From positions 108,872,001 through 108,936,000 of the forward strand of contig NC_091470.1 of assembly GCF_036971445.1 (NCBI RefSeq): DNA of 64,000 nucleotides. The letters run 5' to 3'. The notes under the pieces were generated by a model. That model worked only from the letters and a program-made list of their open reading frames with translations, was not told the origin of the DNA and made no database searches. Below are positions 13,631-27,805 of the stretch, one piece after another. This DNA is from Narcine bancroftii (Eukaryota). The position numbers were made by a program, and so were the translations under genes. The stretch's first letter is position 1. Each line of letters starts with the position of its first letter.

Positions 13631-14499
13631 GCCAATCCAGGCCCCATTGCAATAGGAACAGAGGCCAATACTGTCTCACTCCATATCCTATTAGTTTTAA
13701 GAATGTTTATTTTGTTTTGCAACTACTCTACATTAAGGATCAGGATGTTCTCATGACCAACATCCAAGATATTAATATGACTTATTGATCTTAGTGGAAC
13801 AGTCACAAGCAGCAAGTCCTCTTGGCATGTAAGATTCAACAAACTAATCAAAACTGCATCATCCTCTGACAAGAAAACAATCTGTTCCTACCCTACCTGC
13901 AAAGGCACTCGAAGTACCCAGTCAGTGCATCCTTCAAGACCTGTCCAGTGCATTGTTAATACACACTGTGGAAATTTCCACAATTCTAATCAGAGATCGT
14001 TAACATGAAAATTAATTCTGTTCCTCCCTTCACAAATGTTACCTGACCTGATCAATTCATTTCAGACGTGAACAGCAGTGAGAACGTTGAACGGCCCAAA
14101 GGAACTGCTCACACTAACTATCTGAGACTCCCATGAAATAATATTTATATATTTATTTGTATATATGAATTCTTATCCTGCCTATGTATTGTTTGTATGT
14201 ATGTGTGTTATGTAAGTTTTGCACTAAGGACAGAGAACGCTGTTTCGTGAGGTGGTGCTTGTCCAATCAGATGACAGTAAACTTGACTTGAGCATCTGCT
14301 GTATCTGGATGTACTGAAACTCGACAAGTAATAAGGCATGAAACACGAAAGTCTGTAACGAGGCATCCACTTTCACTTTGTGTTTATTTCCCTTGGATCT
14401 GAAGGTTCACTCTTACTTGACCTGGGAATGATCTAGTAAAAGTGGAGGAGCATTGAAGGTTTTACCCAGATACAGCTGAATGTTTGAACACAGAGAGCT

Positions 14500-17400
14500 A
14501 ATGCATTGGTCACCATTGGGCACAATGCATTGGTCACCATTGGGCACAATGACTTGGTCACCATTGGGCACAATGCATTGGTCACCATTGGGCACAATGC
14601 CTTGGTCACCATTGGGCACAATGCATTGTCACCATTGGGCACAATGACTTGGTCACCATTGGGCACAATGACTTGGTCACCATTGGGCACAATGCATTGT
14701 CACCATTGGGCACAATGACTTGGTCAACATTGGGCACAATGCATTGGTCACCATTGGGCACAATGACTTGGTCACCATTGGGCACAATGACTTGGTCAAC
14801 ATTGGGCACAATGCATTGGTCACCATTGGGCACAATGACTTGGTCACCATTGGGCACAATGCATTGGTCACTATTAGGAACAATGCATTGGTCACAATGA
14901 CTTGGTCACCATTGGGCACAAAGACTTGGTCAACATTGGGCACAATGCATTGGTCACCATTGGGCACAATGACTTGGTCACCATTGGGCACAATGCATTG
15001 GTCACTATTAGGAACAATGCATTGGTCACAATGACTTGGTCACCATTGGGCACAATGACTTGGTCAACATTGGGCACAATGCATTGGTCACCATTGGGCA
15101 CAATGCATTGGTCACCATTGGGCACAATGCATTGGTCACTATTAGGAACAATGCATTGGGCACAATGACTTGGTCACCATTGGGCACAATGACTTGGTCA
15201 ACATTGGGCACAATGCATTGGTCACCATTGGGCACAATGACTTGGTCACCATTGGGCACAATGCATTGGTCACTATTAGGAACAATGCATTGGTCACAAT
15301 GACTTGGTCACCATTGGGCACAAAGACTTGGTCAACATTGGGCACAATGCATTGGTCACCATTGGGCACAATGACTTGGTCACCATTGGGCACAATGCAT
15401 TGGTCACTATTAGGAACAATGCATTGGTCACAATGACTCGGTCACCATTGGGCACAATGACTTGGTCAACATTGGGCACAATGCATTGGTCACCATTGGG
15501 CACAATGACTTGGTCACCATTGGGCACAATGCATTGGTCACCATTGGGCACAATTGCTTGGTCACCATTGGGCACAATGACTTGGTCAACATTGGGCACA
15601 ATGCATTGGTCACCATTGGGCACAATGACTTGGTCACCATTGGGCACAATGCATTGGTCACTATTAGGAACAATGCATTGGTCACAATGACTTGGTCACC
15701 ATTGGGCACAAAGACTTGGTCAACATTGGGCACAATGCATTGGTCACCATTGGGCACAATGACTTGGTCACCATTGGGCACAATGCATTGGTCACTATTA
15801 GGAACAATGCATTGGTCACAATGACTTGGTCACCATTGGGCACAATGACTTGGTCAACATTGGGCACAATGCATTGGTCACCATTGGGCACAATGCATTG
15901 GTCACCATTGGGCACAATGCATTGGTCACTATTTGGAACAATGCATTGGGCACAATGACTTGGTCACCATTGGGCACAATGACTTGGTCAACATTGGGCA
16001 CAATGCATTGGTCACCATTGGGCACAATGACTTGGTCACCATTGGGCACAATGCATTGGTCACTATTAGGAACAATGCATTGGTCACAATGACTTGGTCA
16101 CCATTGGGCACAAAGACTTGGTCAACATTGGGCACAATGCATTGGTCACCATTGGGCACAATGACTTGGTCACCATTGGGCACAATGCATTGGTCACTAT
16201 TAGGAACAATGCATTGGTCACAATGACTTGGTCACCATTGGGCACAATGACTTGGTCAACATTGGGCACAATGCATTGGTCACCATTGGGCACAATGACT
16301 TGGTCAACATTGGGCACAATGCATTGGTCACCATTGGGCACAATGCATTGTCACCATTGGGCACAATGACTTGGTAACCATTGGGCACAATGACTTGGTC
16401 ACCATTGGTCACAATGCATTGGTCACCATTGGGCACAATGCATTGGTCACCATTGGGCACAATGCATTGGTCACTATTAGGAACAATCCATTGGGCACAA
16501 TGCATTGTCACCATTGGGCACAATGACTTGGTCACCATTGGGCACAATGACTTGGTCAACATTGGGCACAATGCATTGGTCACCATTGGGCACAATGACT
16601 TGGTCACCATTGGGCACAATGCATTGGTCACTATTAGGAACAATGCATTGGTCACAATGACTTGGTCACCATTGGGCACAAAACTAGGTCAACATTGGGC
16701 ACAATGCATTGGACACCATTGGGCACAATGACTTGGTCAACATTGGGCACAATGCATTGGTCACCATTGGGCACAATGACTTGGTCACCATTGGGCACAA
16801 TGCATTGGTCACTATTAGGAACAATGCATTGGTCACAATGACTTGGTCACCATTGGGCACAAAGACTTGGTCAACATTGGGCACAATGCATTGGTCACCA
16901 TTGGGCACAATGACTTGGTCACCATTGGGCACAATGCATTGGTCACTATTAGGAACAATGCATTGGTCACAATGACTTGGTCACCATTGGGCACAATGAC
17001 TTGATCAACATTGGGCACAATGCATTGGTCACCATTGGGCACAATGACTTGGTCACCATTGGGCACAATGCATTGGTCACCATTGGGCACAATGACTTGG
17101 TCACTATTAGGAACAATGCATTGGGCACAATGCATTGTCACCATTGGGCACAATTACTTGGTCACAATTGGGCACAATGACTTGGTCAACATTGGGCACA
17201 ATGCATTGGGCACCATTGGGCACAATGACTTGGTCACCATTGGGCACAATGCATTGGTCACTATTAGGAAAAATGCATTGGTCACAATGACTTGGTCACC
17301 ATTGGGCACAAAGACTTGGTCAACATTGGGCACAATGCATTGGTCACCATTGGGCACAATGACTTGGTCACCATTGGGCACAATGCATTGGTCACTATTA

Positions 17401-20400
17401 GGAACAATGCATTGGTCACAATGACTTGGTCACCATTGGGCACAATGACTTGGTCAACATTGGGCACAATGCATTGGTCACCATTGGGCACAATGCATTG
17501 GTCACCATTGGGCACAATGCATTGGTCACTATTTGGAACAATGCATTGGGCACAATGCATTGTCACCATTGGGCACAATTGCTTGGTCACCATTGGGCAC
17601 AATGACTTGGTCAACATTGGGCACAATGCATTGGTCACCATTGGGCACAATGACTTGGTCACCATTGGGCACAATGCATTGGTCACTATTAGGAACAATG
17701 CATTGGTCACAATGACTTGGTCACCATTGGGCACAAAGACTTGGTCAACATTGGGCACAATGCATTGGTCACCATTGGGCACAATGACTTGGTCACCATT
17801 GGGCACAATGCATTGGTCACTATTAGGAACAATGCATTGGTCACAATGACTTGGTCACCATTGGGCACAATGACTTGGTCAACATTGGGCACAATGCATT
17901 GGTCACCATTGGGCACAATGCATTGTCACCATTGGGCACAATGACTTGGTAACCATTGGGCACAATGACTTGGTCACCATTGGGCACAATGCATTGGTCA
18001 CCATTGGGCACAATGCATTGGTCACCATTGGGCACAATGACTTGGTCACCATTGGGCACAATGACTTGGTCAACATTGGGCACAATGCATTGGTCACCAT
18101 TGGGCACAATGACTTGGTCACCATTGGGCACAATGACTTGGTCAACATTGGGCACAATGCATTGGTCACCATTGGGCACAATGACTTGGTCACCATTGGG
18201 CACAATGCATTGGTCACTATTAGGAACAATGCATTGGTCACAATGACTTGGTTACCATTGGGCACAAAACTAGGTCAACATTGGGCACAATGCATTGGAC
18301 ACCATTGGGCACAATGACTTGGTCAACATTGGGCACAATGCATTGGTCACTATTAGGAACAATGCATTGGTCACAATGACTTGGTCACCATTGGGCACAA
18401 TGACTTGGTCAACATTGGGCACAATGCATTGGTCACCATTGGGCACAATGACTTGGTCACCTTTGGGCACAATGCATTGGTCACCATTGGGCACAATGAC
18501 TTGGTCACCATTGGGCACAATGCATTGGTCACCATTGGGCACAATGCATTGGTCACCATTGGGCACAATGACTTGGTCACCATTGGGCACAATGCATTGG
18601 TCACTATTAGGAACAATGCATTGGTCACAATGACTTGGTCACCATTGGGCACAAAGACTTGGTCAACATTGGGCACAATGCATTGGTCACCATTGGGCAC
18701 AATGACTTGGTCACCATTGGGCACAATGCATTGGTCACTATTAGGAACAATGCATTGGTCACAATGACTTGGTCACCATTGGGCACAATGACTTGGTCAA
18801 CATTGGGCACAATGCATTGGTCACCATTGGGCACAATGATTTGGTCACCATTGGGCATAATGCATTGGTCACCATTGGGCACAATGACTTGGTCACCATT
18901 GGGCACAATGACTTGGTCAACATTGGGCACAATGCATTGGTCACCATTGGGCACAATGACTTGGTCACCATTGGGCACAATGCATTGGTCACTATTAGGA
19001 ACAATGCATTGGTCACAATGACTTGGTCACCATTGGGCACAATGACTTGGTCAACATTGGGCACAATGCATTTGTCACCATTGGGCACAATGCATTGGTC
19101 ACCATTGGACACAATGCATTGGTCACTATTAGGAACAATGCATTGGGCACAATGCATTGTCACCATTGGGCACAATGACTTGGTCACCATTGGACACAAT
19201 GACTTGGTCAACATTGGGCACAATGCATTGGTCACCATTGGGCACAATGCATTGTCACCATTGGGCACAATGACTTGGTCAACATTGGGCACAATGCATT
19301 GGTCACCATTGGGCACAATGCATTGGTCACTATTAGGAACAATGCATTGGTCACAATGACTTGGTCACCATTGGGCACAAAGACTTGGTCAACATTGGGC
19401 ACAATGCATTGGTCACCATTGGGCACAATGCATTGGTCACTAATAGGAACAATGCATTGGTCACAATGACTTGGTCACCATTGGGCACAATGCATTGGTC
19501 AACATTGGGCACAATGCATTGGTCACCATTGGGCACAATGACTTGGACACCATTGGGCACAATGCATTGTCACCATTGGGCACAATGACTTGGTCAACAT
19601 TGGGCACAATGCATTGGTCACCATTGGGCACAATGCATTGGTCACTATTAGGAACAATGCGTTGGTCACAATGACTTGGTCACCATTGGGCACAATGACT
19701 TGGTCACCATTGGGCACAATGCATTGGTCACCATTGGGCACAATGCATTGGTCACCATTGGGCACAATGCATTGGTCACTATTAGGAACAATGCATTGGG
19801 CACAATGACTTGGTCACCATTAGGCACAATGACTTGGTCACCATTGGGCACAATGCATTGGTCACCATTGGGCACAATGACTTGGACACCATTGGGCACA
19901 ATGCATTGTCACCATTGGGCACAATGACTTAGTCAACATTGGGCACAATGCATTGGTCACCATTGGGCACAATGCATTGGTCACTATTAGGAACAATGCA
20001 TTGGTCACAATGACTTGGTCACCATTGGGCACAAAGACTTGGTCAACATTGGGCACAATGCATTGGTCACCATTGGGCACAATGCATTGGTCACTAATAG
20101 GAACAATGCATTGGTCACAATGACTTGGTCACCATTGGGCACAATGACTTGGTCAGCATTGGGCACAATGCATTGGTCACCATTGGGCACAATGACTTGG
20201 TCACCATTGGGCACAATGACTTGGTCACCATTGGGCACAATGACTTGGTCACCATTGGGCACAATGCATTGGTCACCATTGGGCACAATGACTTGGTCAC
20301 CATTGGGCACAATGACTTGGTCACCATTGGGCACATTGCATTGGTCACTATTAGGAACAATGCATTGGTCACAATGACTTGGTCACCATTGGGCACAATG

Positions 20401-23400
20401 ACTTGGTCACCATTGGGCACAATGCATTGGTCACCATTGGGCACAATGCATTGGTCACTATTAGGAACAATGCATTGGTCACAATGACTTGGTCACCATT
20501 GGGCACAAAGACTTGGTCAACATTGGGCACAATGCATTGGTCACCATTGGGCACAATGCATTGGTCACTAATAGGAACAATGCATTGGTCACAATGACTT
20601 GGTCACCATTGGGCACAATGACTTGGTCAACATTGGGCACAATGCATTGGTCACCATTGGGCACAATGACTTGGACACCATTGGGCACAATGACTTGGTC
20701 ACCATGGGCACAATGACTTGGTCACCATTGGGCACAATGCATTGGTCACCATTGGGCACAATGCATTGGTCACCATTGGGCACAATGACTTGGTCACCAT
20801 TTGGCACATTGCATTGGTCACTATTAGGAACAATGCATTGGTCACAATGACTTGGTCACCATTGGGCACAATGACTTGGTCAACATTGGGCACAATGCAT
20901 TGGTCACCATTGGGCACAATGCATTGTCACCATTGGGCACAATGACTTGGTCAACATTGGGCACAATGCATTGGTCCCCATTGGGCACAATGCATTGGTC
21001 ACTATTAGGAACAATGCATTGGTCACAATGACTTGGTCACCATTGGGCACAAAGACTTGGTCAACATTGGGCACAATGCATTGGTCACCATTGGGCACAA
21101 TGCATTGGTCACTAATAGGAACAATGCATTGGTCACAATGACTTGGTCACCATTGGTCACAATGACTTGGTCAACATTGGGCACAATGCATTGGTCACCA
21201 TTGGGCACAATGACTTGGACACCATTGGGCACAATGCATTGTCACCATTGGGCACAATGACTTGGTCAACATTGGGCACAATGCATTGGTCACCATTGGG
21301 CACAATGCATTGGTCACTATTAGGAACAATGCATTGGTCACAATGACTTGGTCACCATTGGGCACAATGACTTGGTCACCATTGGGCACAATGCATTGGT
21401 CACCATTGGGCACAATGCATTGGTCACCATTGGGCACAATGCATTGGTCACTAATAGGAACAATGCATTGGTCACAATGACTTGGTCACCATTGGGCACA
21501 ATGACTTGGTCAACATTGGGCACAATGCATTGGTCACCATTGGGCACAATGACTTGGACACCATTGGGCACAATGCATTGTCACCATTGGGCACAATGAC
21601 TTGGTCAACATTGGGCACAATGCATTGGTCACCATTGGGCACAATGCATTGGTCACTATTAGGAACAATGCATTGGTCACAATGACTTGGTCACCATTGG
21701 GCACAATGACTTGGTCACCATTGGGCACAATGCATTGGTCACCATTGGGCACAATGCATTGGTCACCATTGGGCACAATGCATTGGTCACTATTAGGAAC
21801 AATGCATTGGGCACAATGACTTGGTCACCATTAGGCACAATGACTTGGTCACCATTGGGCACAATGCATTGGTCACCATTGGGCACAATGACTTGGACAC
21901 CATTGGGCACAATGCATTGTCACCATTGGGCACAATGACTTGGTCAACGTTGGGCACAATGCATTGGTCACCATTGGGCACAATGCATTGGTCACTATTA
22001 GGAACAATGCATTGGTCACAATGACTTGGTCACCATTGGGCACAATGACTTGGTCAACATTGGGCACAATGCATTGGTCACCATTGGGCACAATGACTTG
22101 GTCACCATTGGGCACAATGACTTGGTCACCATTGGGCACAATGACTTGGTCACCATTGGGCACAATGCATTGGTCACCATTGGGCACAATGCATTGGTCA
22201 CCATTGGGCACAATGACTTGGTCACCATTGGGCACATTGCATTGGTCACTATTAGGAACAATGCATTGGTCACAATGACTTGGTCACCATTGGGCACAAA
22301 GACTTGGTCAACATTGGGCACAATGCATTGGTCACCATTGGGCACAATGACTTGGTCACCATTGGGCACAATGCATTGGTCACTATTAGGAACAATGCAT
22401 TGGTCACAATGACTTGGTCACCATTGGGCACAATGACTTGGTCAACATTGGGCACAATGCATTGGTCACCATTGGGCACAATGCATTGGTCACCATTGGG
22501 CACAATGCATTGGTCACTATTAGGAACAATGCATTGGTCACAATGACTTCGTCACCATTGGGCACAATGACTTGGTCAACATTGGGCACAATGCATTGGT
22601 CACCATTGGGCACAATGACTTGGTCACCATTGGGCTCAATGCATTGGTCACCATTGGGCACAATGACTTGGTCACCATTGGGCACAATGCATTGGTCACC
22701 ATTGGGCACAATGCATTGGTCACCATTGGGCACAATGACTTGGTCACCATTGGGCACAATGCATTGGTCACTATTAGGAACTATGCATTGGTCACAATGA
22801 CTTGGTCACTATTGGGCACAATGACTTGGTCAACATTGGGCACAATGCATTGGTCACCATTGGGCACAATGCATTGGTCACCATTGGGCACAATGCATTG
22901 GTCACTATTAGGAACAATGCATTGGTCACAATGACTTGGTCACCATTGGGCACAATGACTTGGTCACCATTGGGCACAATGACTTGGTCACCATTGGGCA
23001 CAATGACTTGGTCAACATTGGGCACAATGCATTGTCACCATTGGGCACAATGACTTGGTCACCATTGGGCACAATGACTTGGTCAACATTGGGCACAATG
23101 CATTGATCACCATTGGGCACAATGCATTGGTCACCATTGGGCACAATGACTTGGTCACCATTGGGCACAATGCATTGGTCACTATTAGGAACAATGCATT
23201 GGTCACAATGACTTGGTTACCATTGGGCACAAAGACTTGGTCAACATTGGGCACAATGCATTGGTCACCATTGGGCACAATGACTTGGTCACCATTGGGC
23301 ACAATGCATTGGTCACTATTAGGAACAATGCATTGGTCACAATGACTTGGTCACCATTGGGCACAATGACTTGGTCAACATTGGGCACAATGCATTGGTC

Positions 23401-26400
23401 ACCATTGGGCACAATGCATTGGTCACCATTGGGCACAATGCATTGGTCACTATTAGGAAGAATGCATTGGTCACAATGACTTGGTTACCATTGGGCACAA
23501 AGACTTGGTCAACATTGGGCACAATGCATTGGTCACCATTGGGCACAATGACTTGGTCACCATTGGGCACAATGCATTGGTCACTATTAGGAACAATGCA
23601 TTGGTCACAATGACTTGGTCACCATTGGGCACAATGACTTGGTCAACATTGGGCACAATGCATTGGTCACCATTGGGCACAATGCATTGGTCACCATTGG
23701 GCACAATGCATTGGTCACTATTAGGAACAATGCATTGGGCACAATGACTTGGTCACCATTAGGCACAATGACTTGGTCACCATTGGGCACAATGCATTGG
23801 TCACCATTGGGCACAATGACTTGGACACCATTGGGCACAATGCATTGTCACCATTGGGCACAATGACTTGGTCAACGTTGGGCACAATGCATTGGTCACC
23901 ATTGGGCACAATGCATTGGTCACTATTAGGAACAATGCATTGGTCACAATGACTTGGTCACCATTGGGCACAATGACTTGGTCAACATTGGGCACAATGC
24001 ATTGGTCACCATTGGGCACAATGACTTGGTCACCATTGGGCACAATGACTTGGTCACCATTGGGCACAATGACTTGGTCACCATTGGGCACAATGCATTG
24101 GTCACCATTGGGCACAATGCATTGGTCACCATTGGGCACAATGACTTGGTCACCATTGGGCACATTGCATTGGTCACTATTAGGAACAATGCATTGGTCA
24201 CAATGACTTGGTCACCATTGGGCACAAAGACTTGGTCAACATTGGGCACAATGCATTGGTCACCATTGGGCACAATGACTTGGTCACCATTGGGCACAAT
24301 GCATTGGTCACTATTAGGAACAATGCATTGGTCACAATGACTTGGTCACCATTGGGCACAATGACTTGGTCAACATTGGGCACAATGCATTGGTCACCAT
24401 TGGGCACAATGCATTGGTCACCATTGGGCACAATGCATTGGTCACTATTAGGAACAATGCATTGGTCACAATGACTTCGTCACCATTGGGCACAATGACT
24501 TGGTCAACATTGGGCACAATGCATTGGTCACCATTGGGCACAATGACTTGGTCACCATTGGGCTCAATGCATTGGTCACCATTGGGCACAATGACTTGGT
24601 CACCATTGGGCACAATGCATTGGTCACCATTGGGCACAATGCATTGGTCACCATTGGGCACAATGACTTGGTCACCATTGGGCACAATGCATTGGTCACT
24701 ATTAGGAACTATGCATTGGTCACAATGACTTGGTCACTATTGGGCACAATGACTTGGTCAACATTGGGCACAATGCATTGGTCACCATTGGGCACAATGC
24801 ATTGGTCACCATTGGGCACAATGCATTGGTCACTATTAGGAACAATGCATTGGTCACAATGACTTGGTCACCATTGGGCACAATGACTTGGTCACCATTG
24901 GGCACAATGACTTGGTCACCATTGGGCACAATGACTTGGTCAACATTGGGCACAATGCATTGTCACCATTGGGCACAATGACTTGGTCACCATTGGGCAC
25001 AATGACTTGGTCAACATTGGGCACAATGCATTGATCACCATTGGGCACAATGCATTGGTCACCATTGGGCACAATGACTTGGTCACCATTGGGCACAATG
25101 CATTGGTCACTATTAGGAACAATGCATTGGTCACAATGACTTGGTTACCATTGGGCACAAAGACTTGGTCAACATTGGGCACAATGCATTGGTCACCATT
25201 GGGCACAATGACTTGGTCACCATTGGGCACAATGCATTGGTCACTATTAGGAACAATGCATTGGTCACAATGACTTGGTCACCATTGGGCACAATGACTT
25301 GGTCAACATTGGGCACAATGCATTGGTCACCATTGGGCACAATGCATTGGTCACCATTGGGCACAATGCATTGGTCACTATTAGGAAGAATGCATTGGTC
25401 ACAATGACTTGGTTACCATTGGGCACAAAGACTTGGTCAACATTGGGCACAATGCATTGGTCACCATTGGGCACAATGACTTGGTCACCATTGGGCACAA
25501 TGCATTGGTCACTATTAGGAACAATGCATTGGTCACAATGACTTGGTCACCATTGGGCACAATGACTTGGTCAACATTGGGCACAATGCATTGGTCACCA
25601 TTGGGCACAATGCATTGGTCACCATTGGGCACAATGCATTGGTCACTATTAGGAAGAATGCATTGGGCACAATGCATTGTCACCATTGGGCACAATGACT
25701 TGGTCACCATTGGGCACAATGACTTGGTCAACATTGGGCACAATTCATTGTCACCATTGGGCACAATGACTTGGTCACCATTGGGCACAATGACTTGGTC
25801 AACATTGGGCACAATGCATTGGTCACCATTGGGCACAATGCATTGGTCACTATTAGGAACAATGCATTGGGCACAATGCATTGTCACCATTGGGCACAAT
25901 GACTTGGTCACCATTGGGCACAATGACTTGGTCAACATTGGGCACAATGCATTGTCACCATTGGGCACAATGACTTGGTCACCATTGGGCACAATGACTT
26001 GGTCAACATTGGGCACAATGACTTGGTCAACATTGGGCACAATGACTTGGTCAACATTGGGCACAATGACTTGGTCAACATTGGGCACAATGACTTGGTC
26101 AACATTGGGCACAATGACTTGGTCACCATTGGGCACAATGACTTGGTCACCATTGGGCACAATGCATTGGTCACCATTGGGCACAATGACTTGGTCAACA
26201 TTGGGCACAATGCATTGGTCACCATTGGGCACAATGACTTGGTCACCATTGGGCACAATGCATTGGTCACCATTGGGCACAATGACTTGGTCACTATTAG
26301 GAACAATGCATTGGGCACAATGACTTGGTCAACATTGGGCACAATGCATTGGTCACCATTGGGCACAATGACTTGGTCACCATTGGGCACAATGACTTGG

Positions 26401-26519
26401 TCACCATTGGGCACAATGACTTGGTCACCATTGGGCACAATGCGTTGGTCACCATTGGGCACAATGACTTGGTCACCATTGGGCACAATGCATTGGTCAC
26501 CATTGGGCACAATGACTTG
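14500..26519. repeat. ~12 kb tandem array, 24-bp monomer TTGGTCACCATTGGGCACAATG(CA/AC), with ~134-bp and larger higher-order periodicities
   Basis: Continuous tandem repeat with sharp edges. Variant monomers include TTGGTCACTATTAGGAACAATGCA, a 14-bp TTGGTCACAATGAC and 22-bp TTGTCACCA forms. ORF-track offsets of 134, 339, 790, 1672 and 1928 bp. Confidence 0.98.
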
Positions 26520-27468
26520 AGCAAATTGACAACAAAGGGGCCTGCATATTGCAGCAGAGAGATGAGCTATTGTGATGACTCACAAACAACACTGATCTTT
26601 TAAACTAATTCGATAACACCCATGACAAACCAAAACTAGCACTAAATGCAGTTTTTTCCTCTCCAAAAATACTTTCTTCCCAATAAAATATTTACAAAAA
26701 AGAAAACCGATCAAAGTCTCTTCCCACCCTTACTTTCATAGCTATACATTTCCATCAATGTGCATTTTTACATACAGAATGAAACATGGAAGTCTGCAGA
26801 CACTGTGATTGTAGTAAAAACACACAGAAAAGCTGGAAGAACTCAGACGGTCTCGCAACGTTTATAGGAGATAAAGGTATATCACTGACATTTCGGGCCT
26901 GAACCTTTCATCAAGGTATAAGCAAAGAACAGGAACGTAAACAAACTGCTCTACAGAGAGAATTTTAAAAATCATCAATAAAGTGCAAAAGTTCTTAAGT
27001 GATTCCCTGAATGAATTTGTCGTTGAGGAGTCTGATGGTGGAGGGGTAGGAGCTGTTCCTGAACCTTGTGGTGCGAGGCTTGTGGCACCTGTACCTCTTT
27101 CCTGATGGATTCTCGTAGGGAATCAAGGATCTTCACCAATCTTATCGAAGGCTTTACAAAAATTCAAATATTCCACATCCACTGGTTTCTTCCTTAGAGC
27201 TCATATCTACAGGCACATGCCTCAAAGAATTCCAGTGGATAAGTCAACCAGGACTTGGCTTTTATAAATCCACATTGACTGTGCTCAATAATATTATTTT
27301 TTCTGTCTCTTGGTATCACATACTTCATGATTAATGCATTTCCCCAACTCCTGGTGTCACTCAGTAGGTCCCTGATTTCTTTCTCCTTCCTTTCTCAAAT
27401 AGAGGGTTCATGTTTATGGCCATCCAAGCTGCAGGAGCCATTCCAGGATTTATCCGTTTTCATGCTCT

Positions 27469-27765
27469 TGTGGCAGCTCACCAATAGGCAGGCGAATCGG
27501 CCCTGCGTGTAAGCCACGCAGCGGGGCAGCCGGCCAAAATGGCGCTGTCGGGGGTGTTCCCTTCCTCCCAGCACAGGGCTCAGAAGCCCGCGATGGGGGA
27601 CCAATGACGCCCGGGTGATGTCAGCGCCCTCCTGCTCGTTTCTCAGCCAGGTCGGGGCTGGGAGTAAAAGTACAGCCCAGCAGCCTGCAATAAACTAGTC
27701 TGCTCACTGAGCTCAACCCGTCTGGTTGTGTGTGTTCTTTCAGTAGCAGTGTAGCTGCTGCTACA
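27469..27765 (+). repeat. 5' LTR of the Gypsy element (297 bp)
   Basis: Begins TGTGGCAGC, ends GCTGCTACA, immediately followed by the PBS. Confidence 0.9.
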
Positions 27766-27805
27766 ATTGGTGACCCCGACTGGTTCAAACGTATTTAAAC
27801 CCATC

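Noticed and set aside
14500-26519. Array as a repetitive protein gene (LVTIGHNA, VPNGDQVI, TMHWSPLG repeats resembling beta-solenoids)
   Set aside because: The 24-bp monomer is stop-free in several frames by chance, but the 14- and 22-bp variants shift the frame every ~100-250 bp; the longest ORF is 304 aa and frame is not preserved.
14500-26519. CRISPR-like array
   Set aside because: No unique spacers, no cas genes, eukaryotic context.
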